Source: Dimorphilus gyrociliatus
Lineage: Eukaryota > Animalia > Annelida
Reading direction: 5' to 3'
Length of the DNA stretch: 64,000 nucleotides
NCBI GenBank assembly: GCA_904063045.1
Contig: CAJFCJ010000025.1
Location: forward strand, 310,001-374,000
The notes below the pieces were generated by a model. That model did no database searches, was not told where the DNA came from, and saw nothing but the letters and a program-made list of their open reading frames with translations. Below, one piece after another: positions 23,501 to 37,743 of the stretch (its first letter is position 1; the number at the start of each line of letters is the position of its first letter). Both the position numbers and the translations under genes were made by a program.

Positions 23501-26500
23501 AAATATTCTTTTGTTCTTTACTTTACTATAAAAAATAAAATTTTCAAGATTCTGAAATTCGTCATTTTCGTTATCATCAGCTTTGCGATAGAGAAGGAAC
23601 TTGAAATTAATGTTCTTCTCCGCATGGTCACTATCCTCCACATAGAAGGTTATATTAATATCCCCTGTTTTTGATCTTATAACCCTATTTGTTGTTTCAT
23701 TTGTCATATTTAGCTCGAAATATCTTTCTCTAACGTAGAATGTTTCGGCGAATTGAGTTTCTGTGATTGGCTTGCTCAGCAGTTGCCATTGTGGAATGTC
23801 GGGAAGATGAGTATATACTAATTTTTCGGGATCAGTTATAAAGAAAAATTCATTGACCCTATGAAAGGTTTCCGGTTCTTTGTCTGCCTCCTCTTCATCA
23901 ATTTCGTTATCCTCATTTTCCTTAATTAATGTCCACGACTTATTCGTCTTTCCAATGACACAAGTAGACGCCCAAAGAATGTCGATTAGACGCCATTCAT
24001 CGTTGATAAGAACCGCGTTCCATTGGGCCGTCAGAAGTCTGCGATTGATAGGCATATCCTCCAACTGGTAAGCCGCGCTCTTGTTTATTCCATTAATTAT
24101 TTTACATGAGATGTTCAGAGCTCTATATAAAAATTAAATTTTAATTGAATATTTTTTGAATAAATACCGTAACATTTATTAATAACATGTATAAAGATAT
24201 TTAAGCCTACATGTACGCTATTCTTTCAAGCTGGATAAATAGTTAAGAATTTTGACATTTAGGTTGTGTAAATTTAAGAAATAATGGTTTTATACAGTAT
24301 GAAATAATGAAAAGGATTAAATTTGAAGAGAAGAGAACATGATCTAAACTTTAATCATTGAATAAATCATTAAAAAATAGGTGAAACACCTGACTTTTTC
24401 TCATTTTTTCCCCTCTAGCTTTCTATTTACTTTGCATACGAACTTACGATATTTTAAGATAACCTTATGTCACTATAAGATAAGGACATTAGTATAAACT
24501 AAAAACTTTATATTTTTATTTGACCTATTTCTAAATCTTTTCTTTAGCATACTTCCTTTTTTGTTTTCTTAAGTTTTTCTTTGTATAGAAACTTTTGTCC
24601 TTGTGACATATTCAAGAATTAACATTTACAATGAGTATATTTAATCTTAATTTAACTTTAAAAAAGACTCAATTGTATTTTAATCTCTCTTTCTCTCTCT
24701 CCGTCTCTTTATTTCTCTTTATCTCTTATTAGAAAGGCAAATAACTAAATTTTTAGTCTACGTAATTCAATTTCTAATAGCTTTAGATTATAATCAGCTA
24801 AATACTCTATCTTCGATGCAAATAAATGAATTTCATTGTAAATAATTTTACTAACACAGAGAAAAAAGAGAGAGGAAAAATAAGAGATGATTGAAAGAAA
24901 TAGAGTAAAAGAGAGAGAATGGGAAGAGAGTGAGAAAAATAGAGACAAAAAGAGGGAACAACGAAAGGAAATAAAAGGATTTGATAAATTGGATTTCGAA
25001 ATTTTGACAGTAGCTCCTACTACTTTTACTATCTTTGTTGCAGTATCTCATCATTTACGGATAGATGTAAATAAATATTCGTAGGGTAAACTAGATAAGA
25101 CAAGAAAAGATGATAAAATAGATAAAAAGACTTTACTAATGAAGAAAATCAAGCAATTAAATAGTCATCAATCTTTGTAGAAAATTATTCAGTACAACTT
25201 TATCTCTGTTCTCCTATCATTCTTTTTTCCTATTCGTCACTCTAGTCAGTTCATACTCCTCTTTCTCTCTCTCTCCTTCTCTCTCTCTTACAAAAATATG
25301 CAGTAGCAGCTTTACTCTTCTTCTGGCTATTCCCTTACCCTTAACCCCATTTAGTTGCTGTAAATGTTTACCACCGCTATTCATTCTATATTCTTTCATT
25401 ACTTAATGACTTATGAAGGGATTAATTAATGCTTAAAATAATTGCTCGAAATTGAAAATAGAATAGTTTTTCTTTCCTTTTTCTACCTTTGCTTTATTTT
25501 CTTTTATATTTAAAGATTATTAGTTTAATGTTGGTAATTTCAGTTCTATTTTTATATAGAACACAATATAAAAAAAACGAACTACTTCTACGTCATCAAA
25601 AAGCCATTGATAATTTTTAAGGATATTCTCTAATTATTGAATTAAATTATGAAGAAGGGAGAAACAAAAACAAGCAAGATGTACACTGTATAGAAGCGTG
25701 CAGAGGGTAATCAAAGATCTTAATCATACATAATTAGTTCCTATTTAAGAGATAGAGATAGATTTTAGAGAATAGGAAAAAAAATGAAGTATAAAATTGA
25801 TTTTTTATAAGAAATGTAGTAATTATTAACGAGAACTGACGTAAAAGATAAATATGAGAGCTGGAATAGAGCTATATATTAAACATACTTGGGAATTATT
25901 AAATCCTGTCTTGTAGTATTGTTGCTCTTTACATTTTTCCGATTGTCTATTTAATGAAATAATGTGTGGGTGGGTTTTTTTTGCAATAAAATTGTAGAAA
26001 ATTGTCTTTTCTCTGCTAAATAGATTTATTTTCCATTTTGTATTCGTCTTTTTCAAAATTAGACTACCGTTAATTTTTCATAGAATTTTTTAATTATTTA
26101 AGTTAATTATACAAATATTGTATTTTATTTATTACATTCATATTATTTTATAGTTTCAAAAATCTTTCTGCAAATGCTCTTTTTTCTATGTTAACAATTA
26201 TTAAGAATTCTCTTAAGAGCGTCGCAAAAATCCTTATGGGAAATGAAAAAGTATCCTTTTACAATGAAGTGTATGGTTTTTGTTATTAACTAGTAAAATA
26301 TGGAGATAACGAGATTTAAAGTATTTAATGTTATAATTAAGGAGAAAAATATTGATATAGCAAAGAAAATAAGACAGGGAGGGAGAGATGAAAAGTTATT
26401 GCATAGTAAATTTAACATTTAAGCATTTAAAGGAAAAGTTTTACATACCTGCAGCACATAGCAAGAAAGTAAGCATGATTTCCCATGTTCCATTGTATTT

Positions 26501-26819
26501 TTAACATGTAGTCTAAGGGCGTTCCACCCTCTGGCAAATCTTCAACTTTGTTCTCCAAGTTTGAGAAATCTATAGAAGCTATCCAGGAAAATAAGGCCCT
26601 AACAAGTTCTAATTCAGTGTTTGAAATAGATTTCATATATGTATTAAATTCATCCCAATCGTTCATCTTCATTATATCAAACTATAAATAAATGATAAAA
26701 AAGGATGTTAAGAAAGTAATTTTTAATTAAATATGTAATATAAAATGTATATATATTAGAGTATATATATATATATATACAGTATATAATATATAATATA
26801 TACAGTATATATATATATA

Positions 26820-26853
<34 letters not shown>

Positions 26854-28361
26854 TTTATATAGTTCACAAAAGACAGGGAAATATTGCATTGACAGAAATG
26901 TAATCTTATTCTAGTTGCAAACCTCTCTCGAGAGTTTGTCGATTTCAGAAAACTTTTCCCCTTGGAATATTTCATTTTTCTTTTTTCTACAAGGTTTAGG
27001 AAGTGGTAACGGTTGTTCTCGGTGTTGTGAACATTCAGCCTTTAAATAATGACATATTTATAATTAAATTATAATATTTAATATAAATTATGCTATTCTT
27101 GTTGTAATAGCCTATACAGCAACCATATAAGGGATTGGTAGATGTAGAAAAAGGAAAGACAACAGATAATATCAATTTTATGTATCTGATTGATAGATTA
27201 ACTATCTGATCATTTAAATCAGGGCTCTTTTTAAAGAAGGATTAGAAGGTAAAATATTATTAAAATTATAATAAAGATAGAGGATTCGAAGGCTCATTAA
27301 CTGTTGTTCATTAGTCAATTAATTAACTAACACTAGTCCTACTAAACTCTTTAAGGAAGAGATAACTTATGAAAGTGAAATTCTCCTTTTGCATGCTTTC
27401 ATTCTATTATCATTATCATAATAGAAAATGAAAAGTGATTGTTAGACTCTTTGTTTATCTTGTTAAAAAACTTGATACTTTCCAACATGCTCTGTCCATT
27501 TTCCAGAACAGAACTAAATTCACTATCTACCTTGTAGATAAAATATGTACACTCGACAAAATCTTTTGTTTAATTGACAAACTACAATTATATAATTGTA
27601 AAGTATTATGTATGCCAAAACACCAATAATTGATCAGCATGTTTCTCTCTACTATATAAACTGTTTATTTCTATCGCTTTTCTTAAGTAATAGTCGATAG
27701 AAATAGAAAAATTTGTAAAATTACTTAAACGCGATCAAAATAAATAGTATTACATTTATAACATATAAATTCTTTACATACAGTATATATACTTAAAGAA
27801 GAATACATCGTAACGTTTTAAGGGTGACAATTCAATTCTAAGATAAATTCTGCTTGCTTGATATAATTTATAAAAGTAAAGAAAATTTTATCTTAATTTT
27901 CCCAATCATTATTCTTCTCGTTTTCTTTCTGTCTCTATCTCCTCTTCCCTTACTCTCTCCTCCCTTTTCTCCCTTTCTCACTTACTTGCTTATTTACTAA
28001 ATCTATCTTATTTTCTCTCTCTCTCTCTCTCTCTCCCTTACTTTGTCTCTATCCATCTCTCTATCAATCTATCTATCAATGTATCCTTCCATACATCTAT
28101 CTATCTCTACAGTCGTATATCTTTATTTATTGTAAGTTTTATACTTGAATTTCTATTGTGTTTGGTGGTTTTTTTTCCGTATATAAAGTTCACGTTCACA
28201 TGACTTACAATTGCGCTATGATCTAAAGTATTTCTTTGAAGAGTTGTTACCTGAGGTTGGGTAGCAGGTGGTAAAATATCAGAATATTTTCTCAATATTT
28301 GTTGTCCTTTTTCACTGTTTGATTCAACAAATTTAACGGTTTTCGTTGGTTGACTACCCAT
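20569..28361 (-). CDS. KY/hillarin/LTD-1-like transglutaminase-fold protein with repeated KY-type Ig-like domains and a C-terminal dynein-stalk-MTBD-like region; about 11 exons
   Basis: Exons 28361-28251 (MGSQPT...), 27039-26923, 26681-26448 (ELELVRALFSWI...GNHAYFLAMCCR), 24122-23479 (CKIINGINKSAAY...QWNAVLINDEWRLIDILWAS...VNEFFFITDPEKLVYTHLP), 23242-22302, then short exons to a TGA at 20569-20571. Splice phases are consistent. Confidence 0.85.
26762..26850. repeat. (TA)n tract interrupted by three TA-CAG/CTG-TA motifs
   Basis: TATACAGTATA at 26776 and 26799, TATACTGTATA at 26816, all within a TA run. Confidence 0.9.
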
Positions 28362-31300
28362 TTTTTCTCAGAGGTTCACTTAACCCTTTCTAAGAAATAA
28401 ATTAATTTTGAATAAACAATAATAAAATTGAATGAAATATAAACTTTTACAACATACCTTCTTGTTGGATATGTAACTCAAGAATAAGTTTTTTCGGTGT
28501 TTAGAACTAATTAGCCTGATATATAAATATATAAGTATTCATGTTAAAAAAACCTTTTAATTGTAATTTGAAACAGCGCGGTTATTTTTATTATGAAAAT
28601 ACCAGATTTATTAAAGATTTATTTCGATAGTTTCTAATATAACTAATAAATTTTTATTCATACCATATGTCACGAACTCCAATTGCACATAGCATGTAGA
28701 CTTCAACTATGACTGTTCAAGGTATCTAAAATAAACAGTTTTATAGTTGCTGAACCGAAATGTATAGAATTATACGTATCAAGATCAATATATATATATT
28801 GAGCAGAAATAATGATTTTCCTAAGGAGTCACAAAAAAGACTAATTCATACTTGTTCAAAAGAATTCACACTTAATAAATGTTGCGTGGCTTATTAAAAA
28901 ACAATAACTTCTTTCAAACTATATATTTCCTCAATATAACATCTATTTTTTCCATACATCTATCAGTCTATCTGTCATTTTTCCTCTGTCTCTCAGATTT
29001 ATTTTAACGAAATCTTTTTCCTCTAATTTCTTGTAGAAGGATTAGATTATTATTAAATATTTAAGGTATCGTACATAAATTACATGAACTGCAGAGATAA
29101 TCAATACTGTTTTGAACCTTTATTTTAAACTTATAATACTATTAAATACGTACTTTAAGTATAATCATTTCTCTTTTGAAGTAACACGGCTTATATTGAA
29201 TTCACATAGTTTAAAAGTGTTCAGAAAACAAAATAGAACAATTCATAAAACGTTTAACTAGAAGAAGATAGTAATGTTACATTTCTTTGTATTAAAATAT
29301 CTTTTAATAGTTGCATTTAATGAAATTGAAAAAGAAAACTGAACTATATTTTTATTGAACTTGATGCCATCTTTCATATTTTGCATTCGTTTTTCTCTTT
29401 CATCTTTTATTAACAAAATAAGTTGTTTAACTTTTTAAAAATACTCTTTTTAGAGGGAAGATTAACAGGAAGTACGACAAAGAGTATCGACAATTCAATT
29501 ATCAGTCATATATAAAAAAAAATTACATTAATAACTTCAATAATCTTCTGTAATATTCATATACGTGTATATCTGTGCGGTTTGTCAGTTCACTTTCTCT
29601 CTTTCTTTTCCTATTAGATTTTTCAAGGTCGGATAAAATTATTTCTTCTGTTCTGATATTTAGCAATATCAGCGAAAATAGGGGATAAAGAAAAGAAACC
29701 GTGACATTAGCATCTTATCCAACTTTCTTTCCATTTTCTCGCTTTTATTCCCCTCCAATCGAATATCAAGCGAAAAAAGACAGAAGAAGGCGTGATTCCC
29801 AATTAGCTGGGACTGAAATGACGGATATTGGATTCAGTATGGCCTGTTACTTTAGCCTTTTCAATCAAAACGGAAAAGCGCCTTAGGTATAAAACTCTTA
29901 TTTGGAAAACAAAATACTTACAATATCTACGAAACAGTAGAAAACTCATTATGTGCGCTATTTTGTAATCACTTGGTCGATAGTGTTTACATTGTAACTT
30001 AAAGGTCATACGTTTTTCTCTTCCGCCTGTCTCAAATTCTTAATAAGTCCTACTATGTGCTAAAATATCTATTCGCTCGATTTACTTGAAATTTAAACTA
30101 TTTATAGACATTTTCTGAATAAATCGAAAATAAGACTGAATGGGCGAACCAATCAAGGAAAAGAGAACGAAATAGGTAGATAGAAGAATGGAAAAATGCG
30201 TTCCACGACCTACTATCGAATGACGTTAGATTTGATTTGAAAAGAAAGTAGATCAACGTTTATTACACTTCTAGAGCCTTCGGGGACGCCCACTACCATT
30301 TTACTTTCATTCAATTATTTTCCTACAAATTTCTAGCAACATCAGGAAATGAAAGCTATAGGGAGTATTTTTAACTAGCAACCTATTTCAACAATCTACA
30401 CAACTTGTTAAAGCCTTTATTTCTTTATATTTTAAAAACTTAGTTCGTCTTAAGTATTATATTAGTATCTTAACAGCATATAAAGAAACTTTGTTGTTCT
30501 CTTTCTCTTCTTCTTTTTCTTCTTCTTTTCGTCTTCTTAGGGAAAAGTTTTAATCATTAGTATTTTTATTTTTTTTTTAAAAAAAACACTAAATTTTTTC
30601 AATAGCAAAGTTATTAATAGTAAACTCTAATTATTCTTCTTTTTACTTTGTTAGCTTTTACCCTACTCTACCCGTTCTCTTTCTGTTTGTACTTGATATA
30701 TCCCTTTTAGAAGGTTTTTTGCTCTTTATAAGGTACTTTTTAGTTTGACAATACATAACTTCAAATAGGCTTTATACATATTAGTGAAAAGTATAGTTTT
30801 TATTATTGTACTATATATTTCTAGTACGACCTTTACGAGTCAGGCCTAAGCTGCAAAACTATGACCTTTTCACATGTGAATATTGTGTATTCATTACAAG
30901 GTTTCTCTTTCGATAAATATCTCGAGTCTAGAGAAAAGAGAAGCCGGATTAAATCCTATATTGTTTTTATTACGTTTTTGCACTAATGTAAATTCTTAAT
31001 AATAATACAAGTCAAAAATGTATAGTAAGCCTAATAATCTTTTTTTTTTAACCAAGTTACTCTTAAAACTTTCGCTTTGAATGTAAATAGAAAATTGAGC
31101 ATTAGAGAACATTCAATATCAAAGATCTACGATTATTACAGAATATAGGTATCGAATGCTCATAAATTGTGCTTAATCAGAAAGGAGATAGCTTGAATAT
31201 GGATATTCTTTGAAAAAAAAAAACTGAAATTCAATAATTTACGGTGCGTGGGGTAATCAATCAACTATATGTAAAAAAAAATTGCTTTTTAAACTATTAG

Positions 31301-31798
31301 GGACGATCGCTTGATCAAAATAAAAGAAAGAAATATCTCTCTTTCTTTTCATTTTCCTCCCCTCTTCCATTTATCTCTTATTTTATTAGTAAAAATATCA
31401 TTTTATAACAAATTATTCAGATTTTTCCTTTATTCCTTTATTCCTCATTCAAAAATACAATTAATTAAAGATCATTGAAAATGTTTTCTAAAAGGAAACA
31501 AAATCAATTAATTAAATAATTAGTGAGTATGGTTACGACTACGTTGGAATAAAGATTATATAATTTTTAGTATATAATAGGAGCACATGAACAATAAAAC
31601 AAAAAATGAAAAGTTTCAAACAAATAGATACGCTTAACATTCTTTTTTTATTATAGAATTCATTGATTAACATTTCCTTTTCTGCTTAGATTAAAATACT
31701 AAAGGCATAAAGTAAAATTGAAAAAAATTCAACTTGAAACAGATTTATGCCAAAAGATGCTATGTAAATCGACCCAATAATTCATTTTCACGCCCCAC

Positions 31799-31809
31799 CT
31801 AGATGGCGC
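31799..31809 (+). promoter_or_regulatory. CTCF-like motif CTAGATGGCGC in the large intergenic region between divergent genes
   Basis: Context CCCCACCTAGATGGCGCT matches CYAGRKGGCRS. Motif match only. Confidence 0.5.
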
Positions 31810-32245
31810 TTTATTCGAAAACGATCGTATTTTTGCAGTCGACGCCAGTTGTTGGAATGCGTTGCCTAATGAAAAGTTTCTTGGCAAATGTTAAGGATTT
31901 TTCTACCACTATCTGGAATTTAATAAATCATCGGACTACGCTAAGGTTTATATAATGCTTTATGTTTCTTTTCTCCTTTTACTCACTCTTCCGTCATCCT
32001 TTTTATCTTTAATCTTTAAACTTATACTCTTTAATAGTTTCTCTTTAAATCTTGCAAAGAAATGGTCTTAAATAAGTGAACAAAAGAAAAACTAAAGTAA
32101 TCGATATACTTAAATCTTTAGCATTAGTTTATCTTTCATTACAACTTCGTTCTTACTTCCTGCTTCTTTTTCCTGTCTTTTACCAAAGTAATATATTCTA
32201 TACAAAGTAAATTGAGGTAAAACATCTTTAACTATTCATTAAGAT

Positions 32246-32246
<1 letters not shown>

Positions 32247-32276
<30 letters not shown>

Positions 32277-32282
32277 AAGAAG
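32247..32282. repeat. (AAG)12 microsatellite
   Basis: Read directly from the sequence. Confidence 0.95.
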
Positions 32283-35200
32283 AAAAGTAAAAGAAAATAC
32301 ATATAATAGATTAATCATGTTCCCAACTTTTTCTTGAAATAAGAAAATAGCTAAATTTATCATTAAAAATATGTAGTTTTTCATATTCATTATTACTACA
32401 TTAATAACTGTAAATAAATAAATAATATTAAAATTATTAATGTCTATAATCTAAGCCTACTTCATTCTCTCTTTCTTGTTTAAAAGTTTAGATAAAAAGA
32501 TGAAGATTAATAGCTATACAAATACTATAAATACAATACTTTACATAATGTAGCATGTGCTGCATGCATACGCTTTATATTCTATTGTAAACTTGTAGAA
32601 AAAATAATAAACAATAGAAGTACAGATTCCTTTCTTAGGAAATTATTTTCAGGATAGTTTATCAAGAAGAAATCATCCTAAAGATGATTAAGGAAAGGGA
32701 AAGAAATAAGAAAACCAAATATAAATAAAATCAGACAAACTTTTACGCGTAGTAAGAAAATAGAACATAGGCCTAATCATCAGGCTTAGATTAGGAATAG
32801 AATTTCCTGAAAACATACATACTCTGTGCAAATATGCTATACAGTATATACTAAATTATCAATGAGAGAAAAGAGGAAAAAGGAAGAGATAGAGAGACAG
32901 AGAGATGGAGAGATAGAAAAGTAGAGTACTAATTTCTTTTTTTGTACTTTAATAACAATTTAGGTAATACAATAAAACGCTTATATATATAAATGTATAC
33001 ATATATATACTGTATATATACAGTATACTTTATATAAATATACAAAGAGTAAAATAGTAAGCATACTTTCTTTTATATTACTTTTACATACTTAATGTAT
33101 AAAGCCACTTTCTTTAATAAACGTACTATATAAAGAGATTAAAATACCATAAAAGTTTAATTAGGTCAAATTGTTTAAACTTGTTTCATACCTTCCATGA
33201 CAAATTAGTAAATTGCATGTCTTTTTGCTTATTAAATTAAAAAGGAATAAAAGGGAAATATAACAATATATAAATATATAAATTTTTATTTTATTTTAAC
33301 TATAATTTAATAGGAAATATAAGAATAATAACAATTATACTGCATTGTTCAAGTTAGATAGAGAGGGAAAGAAGGAAGAGAAATGTGGAAATTATTAAAA
33401 GAATAACAAGATAAATACTAAGAAGAAAGAGAAGAAAGTGTAGAATAATAGATGATATACGAGCAACCTTTTATCTCGATGTTATATTTATTAGTAATAA
33501 TATATTAATTAAAAAAGTCAATCAATGAATATGTAGCATTTTTATACTGTATATTTTTATATATACACTCTCAACCTCCTCTTCCTCTTCCTCTTCCTTT
33601 CCTCCTCCTTTTCCTCTATCAAATCATCTTCGTATTCCAGCGCCTATTTCTTTCTTATATTCCCTATTAATCACGATCTAAAAAAAAGTCTGTTGAAGTA
33701 ATCAACTTCTATTCACAATTACTTCTTTCTATTCAATTTAAAAGGAATATCCTATCTCTCATTTACAACAAATTAAATGTATAATATGTAATATTATGTA
33801 CTACGTGGAGTAGTAGTATAGGTAACGCAAGTTTTTGCCTCAAAGAAATGGATTTAATAATCTAATTTCTGAAAAATAACCTTTTTATAGAGCTGATAAT
33901 ATACAAAGAACGCATCGATATATGACGTTGAGGCTTATTTGCATATTTTTAATGATGGTCTGAAGTATTATTGGTCATACAAATAAACTTTGGAAAACTT
34001 TGAATAAAGAATAAGAGAATACTCTAAAGAAAAAACTTATTAGCGAAAGATAAAATGGAGAAGTAAAGTTTAAATTTGTAAACTAAAAATTTGACCTTTT
34101 CAACTAGAAAATCGTTAAATCTGATTCTTATGTCTGTTTTATGCTAATCCAGGCAGGTATGTTAGTACAATTGCTATACTTTTTAGCTTAAAATCACGTA
34201 CAACTCCTAAGCTATATACAGTGTATATATTTAGTATATACAAAAATCGTTTACTATTATATATTTATTATAGGGATGAAAATAGCTTCAAAAACAATTT
34301 TTTATACCGATTATCAAATCCAGATATATAGAACGAGATTCTACTTTTTAAAGGTTTTCCTAGAACCGAAATCATCATAGACGAAGTCAGCCTACATACA
34401 TTAAATTAAAAATAACTTTTCACTGTATACTTTTCGAAAGAGTAGCATGGATAAAGATAAAGTCAATATTATTTGTGTCCAATCTAATAGAAATCTTTCA
34501 CTCAGCTACTTACGCATCTTTATAGATATTACGTTTGTAACATTAACCTATTTTATCAAATATATATCGATGGAAGCAATAAGTCTGCTTTGTAAGTTTT
34601 ATAATAATCAATAAGCAATAGGTTAAACTAAAGCTGACTATTATAGATTCCCTTATCTTTCATTTCTCCTCTATGCTTCTAGCTTCTCTGTTAAATTAAT
34701 TTTTTCTCGGAAAGAGAGAAATAGGGAAGGAGGGGGAGGAGGAGAGGAAATTTTCTTCCTTCATTATTCATCAAATACCTTTATTTTAAAAAACAATATA
34801 TATATATAATAATAATAAAAAACAAGCAAATGGACATTTTTTTATTGAACCAACTAGATGATCTCTTTAGGATTGCAAAAGTGTTTTTCGCTGTCTGTAA
34901 ATATTACAATATATAATTCTGCAAACTTTTAGAATTCTTATTCTAGTTCATTGAAATCTTCTCTTGCTGTAACAATTTTCAATTTTGGCTGATGGTTTGT
35001 AAATTTCTGCTAATTTTTTTCCTTTCTATTTATCTCTGTACTTGCTAAGTTTTCCTCATTTTTAAACTTTTTCTCATATCCCATTTACTAAGTCACTCTG
35101 TCTGCCTCTCTTTCTCTCTTTCTCTCCTTTAATCTTTAAAGAAAATAAAAACAACACAGCGTATACAAATCTATAACTAATACATAAAACATAAAAAAAA

Positions 35201-37743
35201 CTATAAAAACCACTAAGTGTCGTTTTACTGTCAACGAACACCTAAGGTTGTAGATCGTCCCATTAAATTATCTGTAAAAATAAATCAGGTAGAAGAAGGA
35301 ATCTTACAAAAAAAAGAGAAAAATACTTGTATCAGGATGTAGAAGATGGAGATAAATCGATATGACCGTCATGCGAAGTCAATGCCTGGAAAATTTTCTT
35401 TCGGATGTGACGGGAAATATAATGACACAAATTATTGATTTTTTTTCTCATATAAAATGTCATTATTTTGATGCCTATTCTACAATCTTTAATTTCCTTC
35501 ACTTGTTCAAAAAGAAATTATTCTTCTTTCAATTTTTTTCTTTTCCTTCTCAAGTATTTTATCATTCCTTCCTATCGAATCTGTTTAGAAAGAAATTAAC
35601 AAGTTTTTCCATAACATAATCATTTTTCTTTTGCTGTTTTCAATAATCACTTTGGCAAAAAATATAGATAATTGTAATGGTATTGAATTGAAATATTCTT
35701 AAAGTCTTCTGTTTCGTACAATAATTATAGTCGCTTAATTATGATAAAGTAAAACAATGAAAGAGAAAAGATAAATTATACAATTACAATTCAATAAATA
35801 AAAGAACTATCATTCTTTCAATATACTATATAATTTTAGATAGTAGCATACTTTAAGACTAAGATTTTTAGTTTTAAAATAGAGAGTAAAAATATCAGTT
35901 TAACTAGAAAGCTAATAAAGTGGGAAATAATATTTTAAACTTATTTAAGAATCTGCAGTCTATAAATAGAGACATGCATAAAAATATATAAAGGATTTTT
36001 ATACAATTTGCTTTGTTACCTTTTCGTTACTCTCTATTAGTATTATGGAAATGTGTTTTTATCTCAACGTGTCATTACAGCAAAAATAACTTTTCTCATT
36101 TAAATATCAAGATAATATGTACACAAGTATATATATATATATATATATATATATACTGTATATAGAACACTGTCTATTATATTTAATATCGAATGCAAAA
36201 GAAAAATCACAAAATCTATGATTAACATCTGTAAATTTAAAAAAATAAAGAATTCTTCAACCAGAATTAATTCTGTAACAAAACAAAAAAGAAAAGGGAA
36301 AATCACATTATTTTTTCGATGGCCTTAATCCGATAAATCAAATTGTAATTAATTTAATTGAAGTTTTTGGCCAAAAAAAAAAAGAGAAAACTTTAATTAC
36401 CTAGAGTTTTTATGCCATTTTCTGTATATTTTTTTTTATTTTAATACGATTAGTTTCAATTCTTTAAAAGAATTCTATGAAAAAAAGATATAATAATCTT
36501 GCACCCAAACATTTGGTCATAAATTTGCTTTTGATTGATTAACATTGACAATGTTTCATAATTTGTATGTAAGATATACAATGTCTAATCTATCAACTTT
36601 CGTATTAATAACTTTTCATATTTGGTTTCCTTTTAGAGTATTTTCCATTTTATAAATATAGGTATAAAGATACCTATAAATATCTAAATATTAGTATATT
36701 GTATATACTATAAATATACAGAATAAATTGCAAATGGATATCATGTATAATATGCGAAATTCTTTCACAAAAATCAAACTTCCCGTATTAGATGGGTAAG
36801 GCGACTTATGGTGGAATTAAATTTATGGTGAAGTACTGATAAATTTAATTTATAAGGCGAGCCTTTATGAGAAGACCTTCTCTTCAATTAAAAAATATGT
36901 CAATTTAGTTTTGCACCAAAATGCTATTAATACGATTTTTGGTTTCAATGCAGGCAAAATTACCATAAAAGAATCATATATCATGTTATAGAAGATATCT
37001 TAATAATTCAAACAACCATTTAAATATTAATAATGATCTATTGTAAACAATGTAAAAAAATTCTATAATATCTAATATAAATATTGTAAATATATAAAAT
37101 ATTCAGATATATGATTATGCATGTTTTTTGTTTCTCAACTATTCCAGTCTAAAGGGATTAGTACGAAATATTTGAAAATGAGCAAAACTTATCACACTCT
37201 TATTAGATTTATTAAAATGAAATGTTGAATTTTATAGGCTCAATCATACTCTTAATATTCCTATTTTTGTCTTTTGTTTTCCCCCTTCTCTTCTCTTCTC
37301 TTTCTCTTCGATTTTTCTTATATATTTTTCATTAAAAGGCAGCAAAGCTTAAAAATTTATTATCTAGATTGCTTTAATTATCAACTTAACGTTTACATTT
37401 ATCTATACAAAGATACTCCATTATTAATACGCTACAAACTCTCTTGTTCATAAATAATATACACCATGTAATAAAGTACTTACTATATATTGATTAGAAG
37501 GTAGTATATGCTCTTTTTGCTAGTAGGTGAACTACTATATACTGTATATCTTTTAAAAATACTATTGTTTTTATTGTATTTCATTCATCTATTTGTATAT
37601 AATATATCTTTGCTACTTTCACACCTCCCCCGCCTTTTACCCCCCACAATCTTTTTCTTTTATATACTTTATATGCATCTGCCACCCTTACTCTTGTATC
37701 AACTTATAAATTTGTTACATTTTAATTCATACAGATAAAGACA

